Shown one piece after another: positions 57,081 to 64,000 of a DNA stretch of 64,000 nt. Source of the stretch: Candidatus Iainarchaeum sp. (GTDB lineage Archaea; Micrarchaeota; Micrarchaeia; Anstonellales; Bilamarchaeaceae); NCBI GenBank assembly GCA_028714535.1, contig JAQTME010000004.1, positions 7,319 through 71,318 on the forward strand, in the 5' to 3' direction. Each line of letters opens with the position of its first letter. The stretch's first letter is position 1. Position numbers and translations under genes: made by a program. The notes beneath the pieces are model-generated. The model was given only the letters and a program-made list of their open reading frames with translations, made no database searches and was not told the origin of the DNA.

Positions 57081-57512
57081 ATGGCTTTGGACATAAAGAA
57101 GTGTTTTGACGCGTCGCTGATGCCCGCGGCAGTTGTGATTGCCATCGGCATACTCGCAACGCTCGTCGGGCGGTTCGTGCCCACGCTGGCGTGCGTGCTG
57201 GGCCTGCCGGTCATGCTGGCCGGGCTCATCGTGCTCGCATGGGCGGGCTACCGCGCAGTCAAGGAAATGCGCATGGACATAATAGGCGCTGCCGTGACAG
57301 GCCTCCTTGCCGGGCTGATAGCCGCCCTTGTCGGCGGAATCATAAGCCTCCTGCTGATGATAGTGCTCGGCGCTGCAGGGACAGGCGCTGCCGGCGTCGC
57401 CCTGTTCGATGTCGTGGCCATACTCGGCCTCGTCATAGGCACGGTGGTCGGGGCAGTCGAAGGCGCCGTCTGCGGCGCAGTCGGCGGCTTCGTGGCCAAC
57501 ATGAAGAAGTAG
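57081..57512 (+). CDS. Small Gly/Ala-rich membrane protein
   Basis: About four TM helices; GGTGA SD. Confidence 0.7.
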   Translation: MALDIKKCFDASLMPAAVVIAIGILATLVGRFVPTLACVLGLPVMLAGLIVLAWAGYRAVKEMRMDIIGAAVTGLLAGLIAALVGGIISLLLMIVLGAAGTGAAGVALFDVVAILGLVIGTVVGAVEGAVCGAVGGFVANMKK

Positions 57513-57521
57513 CGCGGTTCG

Positions 57522-57551
57522 GGCTTGCGGGCGACCGCAAGCCTTTTTATT
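57522..57551 (+). terminator. Hairpin plus U-tract terminator candidate
   Basis: GGCTTGCGG-GCGA-CCGCAAGCC followed by TTTTTATT. Confidence 0.55.
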
Positions 57552-57573
57552 CTCTTTATTCCTACAATCATCC

Positions 57574-58434
57574 ATGTTTCTCGTGAGCCCTAATTTCCCA
57601 GAGATAGCACAGCCTAGCATCGAGTTCAAGACGTTCCCGGACGGCGACTCCTACGCGCGCATAAACGACATAGAGAAATGCCAGGGCGAGGACGTAATCC
57701 TCTTCCACAGGCTGTACCCAAAGCAGAACACGGCCATATTCAACGCGTCCCAGATACTGCACACGCTCAAGCGCGTGGGCGCCCGCGTGACGCTGGTGTC
57801 GCCCTACCTGCCCTACGCCAGGCAGGACAAGACGTTCCTGATGGGCGAGGCGCTCTCGGCCCAGGTCCTGTGCAAGCTGCTGGCCGACTTCGGCGTGGTC
57901 AAGCTCGTCACCGTGGACTGCCATTTCCTCAAGAAGGAGGGCGAGTCCGAATACGTCCACCTGAAAATCCACAACACCAGCGCCAACAAGCTGCTGGTGG
58001 AGCACGCCAGGAAGAAGGTCGGGCTTGAGCAATTGGAGGTCATATCGCCTGACCAGGGCGCCAACTACCTCGTCTCCGAGTTCGGCGGGAAGAGCATGAG
58101 CAAGGTGCGCGGCGACTACGACAAGGGCAAGGGCGAGGAGGCGTACCGTTCCGTGCAGAAGATAGAGCGCGGGTTCGACGTCAAGGGCAAGAACGTGCTC
58201 ATACTCGACGACATGATAGCCACCGGCAGCACCATGATAAAGGCGGTGGAGAACGTGAAGAAGGGCGGGGCCCGGAAAGTTTTATGCGCTGCCACCCACG
58301 GCTTCTTCCTCAACGACTCGCTCGCGAAGCTGAAAAGCATCTCAGACGGCGTCTTCACCGCGAATTCCATACCCAACGAGGTCGCGGAAGTCGACATCGT
58401 CCCGCTGTTGAAGAAAGAGGCAGGCGTCCAGTAG
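57574..58434 (+). CDS. prs: Ribose-phosphate pyrophosphokinase
   Basis: FPDGD, PYLPYARQDK, SPDQGA, ILDDMIATGST, ATHG. Confidence 0.93.
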   Translation: MFLVSPNFPEIAQPSIEFKTFPDGDSYARINDIEKCQGEDVILFHRLYPKQNTAIFNASQILHTLKRVGARVTLVSPYLPYARQDKTFLMGEALSAQVLCKLLADFGVVKLVTVDCHFLKKEGESEYVHLKIHNTSANKLLVEHARKKVGLEQLEVISPDQGANYLVSEFGGKSMSKVRGDYDKGKGEEAYRSVQKIERGFDVKGKNVLILDDMIATGSTMIKAVENVKKGGARKVLCAATHGFFLNDSLAKLKSISDGVFTANSIPNEVAEVDIVPLLKKEAGVQ

Positions 58435-59781
58435 CTAGCCCTTCGCTATCTTCTCGTATTCCTTCGCCAGCTTCTGCGCCTTCGCTTCCGTCGTCGCCTC
58501 TGCGAACACGCGCACGTACGGTTCCGTTCCGGAGGCGCGCACGATGACCCAGGAATCCCTGAAGTTCACGCGCACCCCGTCCACATTGACATGGGCGAGC
58601 CTGTTCTTTTCGGCGTATGCGCGCACGCGCGCGACGAGCTCCTTTTTCCCTTTCGCATCAGCACCAATCTTCAGCTTCACGTTGCAATACGCCGGCACGT
58701 CCTTCAGCCAGGCGCTGAGCGGCTTTTCGCACAATGCCTCCGCCAGCTTCGCGGCAGTCATGAACCCGTCCTTTGCCATGCCCAGTTCCGGCCAGATGAC
58801 GCCTCCGACCTCCTCGCCGCCCATGGCAGCGCCTTCCATCCCCTCGCACAGCGCAGGCGCGCCTATGGCTGTGTAGCGCACCTTCGCGCCGCATTTTTTG
58901 GCAACGTCCTCCACTGCCCTGCTGGTGGCGACGGTAGTGACGACATCGCCCTTCAATTTCCCGCCGGCCGCCTTCCACAGTATCGAGAGCGCATAGACCC
59001 TGTCGCCTATCACGTAATTGCCCTTCTCGTCCACGAAGATGACGCGGTCGCCGTCCCCGTCCCAGGCGATTCCTGCGTCCGCGCCGCTGCTTTTCACCGC
59101 CGCAATCAGCTCCTTCACGTTCGCCTCCGTGGGCTCTGACGGCCGCCCCGGGAACCTGCCGTCAGGCTGCCCGTTCAGCGGCACCACGTCGCAGCCCAGG
59201 TCCCTGAGGAGCGGCAGTGCGATGAACACAGCAGTCCCGTTGCCGCAATCCGCGATGATTTTCGGCCTGCGCTTCCTTATCTTTCCTGCGTCAACGAGCG
59301 CTTTTATCGCGGCAGCGTGGTCTGCGGCCGCATTATCATATCTCGTGGCCCTGCCCGTTCCGTTCCCGGCCCTGCCCATGAGCTTCTCTATCTCAAGGCC
59401 GCGCGCGGCCGATATCGCGATCCCGTTCCCGTCCACTGCCTTCAGGCCGTTATACTGCGGCGGGTTGTGGGACGCGCTTATTATGATGCAGCCCGCAGCG
59501 CCAAGCCTCTTCACCATGTATTCGGCTGTCGGCGAGCTCGCGATGCCTATGTCTATGGCGTCGCAGCCAGCTTTTGAGAGCCCTGCCAGCACCGCGGCGA
59601 GGTACGTTTCGCCGGTCAGCCTGCAGTCGCGGGCTACGATTATTTTGGCAGTGCCCTTCTTGCCCTGGCGTGCGGCCCCCTCTGCCAGGTAGAGGCCCGT
59701 CGCCTGGGCGATGCGCTGCGCCAGCCCTGGAGGGAGCTCCTCAAACGTGCCGCGCACGCCGTTCGTCCCGAAATAAGCCAT
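58435..59781 (-). CDS. Phosphohexomutase (GlmM/PMM-PGM family)
   Basis: FGTNGVRG, SASHNP, DGDGDR, VRASGTEP. Confidence 0.92.
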   Translation of the reverse strand: MAYFGTNGVRGTFEELPPGLAQRIAQATGLYLAEGAARQGKKGTAKIIVARDCRLTGETYLAAVLAGLSKAGCDAIDIGIASSPTAEYMVKRLGAAGCIIISASHNPPQYNGLKAVDGNGIAISAARGLEIEKLMGRAGNGTGRATRYDNAAADHAAAIKALVDAGKIRKRRPKIIADCGNGTAVFIALPLLRDLGCDVVPLNGQPDGRFPGRPSEPTEANVKELIAAVKSSGADAGIAWDGDGDRVIFVDEKGNYVIGDRVYALSILWKAAGGKLKGDVVTTVATSRAVEDVAKKCGAKVRYTAIGAPALCEGMEGAAMGGEEVGGVIWPELGMAKDGFMTAAKLAEALCEKPLSAWLKDVPAYCNVKLKIGADAKGKKELVARVRAYAEKNRLAHVNVDGVRVNFRDSWVIVRASGTEPYVRVFAEATTEAKAQKLAKEYEKIAKG

Positions 59782-59832
59782 ATGATGTGAGTTCGTTCAT
59801 GGATTTTAAATTGGTTGCGATAAACTCCCCTC

Positions 59833-60396
59833 ATGGAAATAGAGGTCCTGCGCCTCGGCCACAGGCTCCCGAGGGACGAGCGCATATCCACGCACGTCGC
59901 CCTGGTCGCCCGTGCGTTCGGCGCGCGCTCCATCACATACAGCGGCCAGCACGACTCAAGCCTTGAAACCAGCGTGGCGCGCATCTGCGACGCATGGGGC
60001 GGCAGCGCATCCGGCGCGCCATTCACCATAGCATACGAAAAAGCATTCGGGCAGTTCATAAAAAGGAAGAAGCGCGACGGCTTCGCCATCCTGCACCTGA
60101 CGATGTACGGGCTGCCGCTTCCGCAGGTGCTGCCAGAGGCGAAAAAGGCGCAGAAACTCCTGATTATCGTGGGCGCAGAGCAGGTGCCGCGCGAGGTGTA
60201 TGAGCTCGCCGACTTCAACGTCTCGGTCACGGGCCAGCCGCACAGCGAGGTCGCCGCCCTTGCGATTACGCTTGACCGCCTCATGGACGGGAAGGAGCTG
60301 CTCGCCACTGGCCCGGGCGCGCCGGATTTCAGGGGGAAGCTGCGCATAGAGCCTTCGGCAAAAGGCAAGAAAGTCGCCAGGATACAATCTATATAA
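59833..60396 (+). CDS. trm56: tRNA (cytidine56-2'-O)-methyltransferase aTrm56
   Basis: LRLGHR..RD.RISTHV.L.ARAFGA, HLTMYG, QPHSEVAAL. Confidence 0.93.
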   Translation: MEIEVLRLGHRLPRDERISTHVALVARAFGARSITYSGQHDSSLETSVARICDAWGGSASGAPFTIAYEKAFGQFIKRKKRDGFAILHLTMYGLPLPQVLPEAKKAQKLLIIVGAEQVPREVYELADFNVSVTGQPHSEVAALAITLDRLMDGKELLATGPGAPDFRGKLRIEPSAKGKKVARIQSI

Positions 60397-60429
60397 ATCC
60401 TAACGGTGTGATGTAGCCACGGTGTTCAT

Positions 60430-60822
60430 ATGGACTGGAAAGGCATACGGTTCTACAAGGTAGAGGCGGAAAGCAGCAGGGACGAGAACTTCACTTCGGT
60501 GGCCGTCAACCTGGACGTCACTGGCATGAAGCCGAGCGGCGGCGACCTGCGCATCGATTTCTCATACTCCGTGAACTACCAGCCCGGCGTGGCCAGGCTG
60601 AGATTCGACGGCTATACTATAATCGGCGCCAGCAAGGCAGAACTCGACAGGATAGAGAAGGACTGGAAGAAGGACAAGACGCTGCCCAAGTCGCTGGCCG
60701 AGCCGCTCATCAACGTCATCTCGTTCAATGCTGAGACTAACGGCGTGCTGATAGCGAAGGCGATAAACATCGTCCCCCCGTTGCTCGCGCCGAAGATAGA
60801 GATAGGGGCCCCCAAGAAATAG
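60430..60822 (+). CDS. Conserved archaeal hypothetical protein
   Basis: 130-aa ORF with host codon bias, GGTG SD, C-terminal PPL..P motif. Confidence 0.7.
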   Translation: MDWKGIRFYKVEAESSRDENFTSVAVNLDVTGMKPSGGDLRIDFSYSVNYQPGVARLRFDGYTIIGASKAELDRIEKDWKKDKTLPKSLAEPLINVISFNAETNGVLIAKAINIVPPLLAPKIEIGAPKK

Positions 60823-60863
60823 CCTGTGGCGTCCCTTCCTGTTCAAAAATCTCCCGCGCGCCC

Positions 60864-63800
60864 TCAGAATTCCGCGCCTATCTTGAAGTTGGCGCGCCAG
60901 TTCACCCTGACGTCCTTGCCCTCTGCGGTTTCAGTCGTCAGGGTGCCTATCGAAAAGTCAGCTGATGCGGCCGGGTTCATGAGCATGGACCTGTTCGAGA
61001 GCATCCACGCCTTCATGGTGTATTCCACGCCTGCGGTGAGCGAATAGTCCGCCCTGAACATGCCCTCCTTCGCGGACTCCCAGTACTGGGTGCCGAGCTG
61101 CCCGGTCAGGCTGCTGTTTGACGTGAGCCAGTTGAGGCCCGCGTTCGCATCCCACTGGAGCGCCTCGCCGTAGGCCGCGCGGAGCAGCTCCTGGTTCTGG
61201 TGTATGAACGAGCCCGAAGCGAACACGTTGGCCAGCCTGAAGCCCGCCTTGTCCGAGTATGGCATGGTGAATATGACGCCGGCTATGCCCTCCTGCTGGT
61301 CCAGCCGCTTGGCCTCGTCCTTCAGGTAATCGGTGCTGAAGCTCGTCGCAGCGCCGAGCGTCCACCTGCTGCCGAGCGGCACGCTGACGCCCGCATGCCA
61401 TCCTTCGGCCAGCTCCTTTATCCGCCCGCCGCCTATGGACAGCTCCAGGACCGGGCTCCTGAGCCTGAATTCCCCTATGCCCGGGAAGTGCGCCTCGCCG
61501 CTGAACTTCGTCCTCGGCAGCGGCGTGAGCTCTGCTATGCCGCCTATTATCGGTATGGTCCTCTTGTCCCGCGACATGACGTACGCCCTGAGCCCAACAT
61601 CCGCCACGTCGTAGCTCAGCGGGGTCCAGTCGAAGTTCATGAATGCCGCGCCCTTGTCGTTCAGGACGTCCCATCCGGTGCCTGCCTCAAGGCCGAGCTG
61701 GTTCGTTATCGACCTGCGCACGCCTGCCGAAACCAGCGCCTCGCGCACCGACCTCTGCCCTGCCTGCGTGCCGGCCTGGCCTGCCTGCGCGGCATAGGTC
61801 CGCAGCCACTGCGCCGAGTCCGTGCCGAGCGTGACGTTGTTGTTCGCGTCGATCGTGATGCCTGACCCTGCGGGCGCGCCGCTGGTCGTGAGCAGCTCGA
61901 AGAGCCTCTGCCTCGCCTGGACGTTGGCGCCGACCGACCTGAGCGTGCCGCTGAGCCCGAGGTTCTGGTCATAGAACGCCTGGGCCTCCTGGCTCAGCAC
62001 CGTGACCTGGGACTGCGACTGCGTCGTCTCCGTGAATGTCTTGATGAGCGTTGATGCGACCATGCCGTTGAGCATGTCCCTGCTCACGCCGTAGATCTTC
62101 CCGCCCTCCAGGGCCTCCCTGCCTGTTTCGGCCTCCCTCAGGAGCCTGCCGAGGCCGAAGCCGCCGTAGCGCACGCCCATGTAGTCGCGGCCGAACATGT
62201 GGTTCACTATCGCCGCGCCCTGCAGGTCGTCAGCCGTCATGTTCTTCGCAAGGCCGATGAAGCTGCGCACTTCGGTGTCGTTGTTCTTCAGGTATGAGAA
62301 TTCGCCGTAGAACCTGCTCTTGCCGTCCGCCTCCACGCGGACATTCTCGGCAGTGAGCCTCCCCACCCAGAACGACCGCTTGTCAGGCATGAAGCGCCCG
62401 AACGCGCCCGCGGCCCTTCCGCCGCGCGTCTGCTCGTAATCGGCGTAGCCGCCCCACTTTCCGACCTGCGCCGCGGCGCCGGCCCCCTGGAACTGGTCCC
62501 AGGCGGTGTAGTCGCTGGTCCACGGCCCCGAGAAAAGCACCGCGCCGTCCATCTGCGCGAGCGCATCGCCTGTGCGCACCCCTGCGCCGCCATAGAGCCT
62601 CTGCATCGGCCTTTCGAACGCCTCTGCGTACAGGATGGCGGCCTGTTCCTCTGAAAGCGTCGCCGCGTCTGAAAGTATGAAGCTGCCGTTGGCCATGCGC
62701 TGGTAGGCGTGCGCGGTGAGGCTGACCTCGCCCTTGGCGTTCTCGTTGCGCCTGAAAAGCATGAACGTCTCGGCGCCCTTGGGCGCGATGGCAGAGAATA
62801 CGCTGCCTATGGTCTCCAGCCGCGTGCCGGCCTGCTCGAAGTCGAAGCTGCCTGTGTTGACGTTGTAGTTCTGCGACGTGCGCAGGTTCTGCAGTTCCAT
62901 GCTGCCCACCTGCCTGGTCTGGACGCCCATGCCCTCGCTTATGCTGTAGCTCGCCCTGGCGTTGGTTGTCGCCCCTTCCCTGGCCAGGTTTGAGGCGACG
63001 TTTATCGTCGTGGTCGTGTTGTCGCTGGTCCTTGCCCCGGTCGTCTTGTTGAGCGCGTATTCGTGGTCAGTCGTCGTGTTGCCGTAGACGTTGGCGGCTA
63101 TCCACCTGCCCACCGGCGGCAGGTCTGGCGCCAGGTCCCCTATGTTCCTGAGCAGGATGGGCATGTTGAGGTACGGCAGCGGCAGGTTCACGCTGCCCTC
63201 CACCATGGGCTTGCCCATGAAGATGCCCATCACGCGCAGGAAAGCCGGCGCGCCCGTGGCGGCCTCGACGAGCGCAGGCCCCCTTGCGACCTGCAGTATG
63301 CCAGTGCTGGCCCATTCCTCATAGACCCTTTTCGGCACGCGCACGCGTATGTTCGCGGACAGCAGGAATATTTCGGCGAATTTCGGGTCCTCGGCCGGAG
63401 TCCTCACCCTGACGTCGTAGCCCTGCTCCCTCCCGGCCGCCTGGATGGCGGTTATGTCGGTGAACAGCTTCGCGAGCCTGTCCGGCAGGGTGCTGTAATA
63501 CTCGATGAGCAGATTCTGGTAGTCCCCGTTCACGAACATCTGGCTGGAGCCCGCGATGAAGCTCGCGATTGCCGCTATCGACGCGTCGTCGTAGTTCCCC
63601 AGCAGCTTGTCGCCGATTGTCGCGAGCAGCATGGACGCGTAGGGCGCGGGAAGCGCGGACAGCTCGTTGATGAGCGCGCACACCTTGGCCATCTCCGCCT
63701 CGTTGCCCACCAGCATCCCGGACCAGTTCCTGCCATAGTGCTGCCTGAGCAGGCCGTATATGCCGTAGGCGTACTCGAGCTGGATGTTCCCGAACGCCTG

Positions 63801-64000
63801 CCTCGCCTTTGTCGCGAGTTCCTGCCTGGACTCCTTCAGGAGCCTCTCGCCCGAGAGCGTCGGCGCGGTTGCCGACAGCGCCGAGATGTGCCTGTCTATG
63901 TCGGATGTGAACCCGTTCCTGAACGCGATGAATTCCCTGTCCTTGCCCATGGCCTCGTATCTCGCCCTGAGCGCATCTACGTGGTCCACGCCGGTCGCGG
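60864..64000 (-). CDS. Giant orphan protein (5'-truncated) with beta-barrel-like C-terminal half
   Basis: >1041 aa and open to window edge; alternating hydrophobic/polar strands; ends ANFKIGAEF. Confidence 0.75.
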   Translation of the reverse strand, partial: ATGVDHVDALRARYEAMGKDREFIAFRNGFTSDIDRHISALSATAPTLSGERLLKESRQELATKARQAFGNIQLEYAYGIYGLLRQHYGRNWSGMLVGNEAEMAKVCALINELSALPAPYASMLLATIGDKLLGNYDDASIAAIASFIAGSSQMFVNGDYQNLLIEYYSTLPDRLAKLFTDITAIQAAGREQGYDVRVRTPAEDPKFAEIFLLSANIRVRVPKRVYEEWASTGILQVARGPALVEAATGAPAFLRVMGIFMGKPMVEGSVNLPLPYLNMPILLRNIGDLAPDLPPVGRWIAANVYGNTTTDHEYALNKTTGARTSDNTTTTINVASNLAREGATTNARASYSISEGMGVQTRQVGSMELQNLRTSQNYNVNTGSFDFEQAGTRLETIGSVFSAIAPKGAETFMLFRRNENAKGEVSLTAHAYQRMANGSFILSDAATLSEEQAAILYAEAFERPMQRLYGGAGVRTGDALAQMDGAVLFSGPWTSDYTAWDQFQGAGAAAQVGKWGGYADYEQTRGGRAAGAFGRFMPDKRSFWVGRLTAENVRVEADGKSRFYGEFSYLKNNDTEVRSFIGLAKNMTADDLQGAAIVNHMFGRDYMGVRYGGFGLGRLLREAETGREALEGGKIYGVSRDMLNGMVASTLIKTFTETTQSQSQVTVLSQEAQAFYDQNLGLSGTLRSVGANVQARQRLFELLTTSGAPAGSGITIDANNNVTLGTDSAQWLRTYAAQAGQAGTQAGQRSVREALVSAGVRRSITNQLGLEAGTGWDVLNDKGAAFMNFDWTPLSYDVADVGLRAYVMSRDKRTIPIIGGIAELTPLPRTKFSGEAHFPGIGEFRLRSPVLELSIGGGRIKELAEGWHAGVSVPLGSRWTLGAATSFSTDYLKDEAKRLDQQEGIAGVIFTMPYSDKAGFRLANVFASGSFIHQNQELLRAAYGEALQWDANAGLNWLTSNSSLTGQLGTQYWESAKEGMFRADYSLTAGVEYTMKAWMLSNRSMLMNPAASADFSIGTLTTETAEGKDVRVNWRANFKIGAEF

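Overview
GC-rich archaeal chromosome segment, most likely DPANN Micrarchaeota. The assignment rests on PolD small subunit, proteasome beta subunit, aCPSF1/FttA, aTrm56, geranylgeranyl reductase, HMG-CoA synthase, a three-unit ARMAN-type (epsilon2-like) tRNA splicing endonuclease and a tRNA-Ile(UAU). The window holds about 60 CDS, including a complete type IV pilus locus with a KaiC-like ATPase, two P-type ATPases, an arsR/thioredoxin/permease operon and very large orphan secreted proteins, two of which look like beta-barrel proteins. There are five tRNA genes, three with two introns each. The most unusual signal is non-coding: four of the five tRNAs are flanked by short structured units built from copies of their own acceptor-stem sequence (direct copy, inverted copy, direct copy, plus hairpins). 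The two tRNA-Arg genes carry homologous trailers. In one of them a single-gene cassette sits exactly at the unit junction, bounded by a 9-bp duplication of the tRNA 3' end, while the other is the 'empty' form. Similar target-mirroring hairpin inserts occur in-frame in glmU and between pilin genes. No integrase, transposase, reverse transcriptase, rRNA or CRISPR array was seen. All calls come from reading the sequence by eye; no searches were run.
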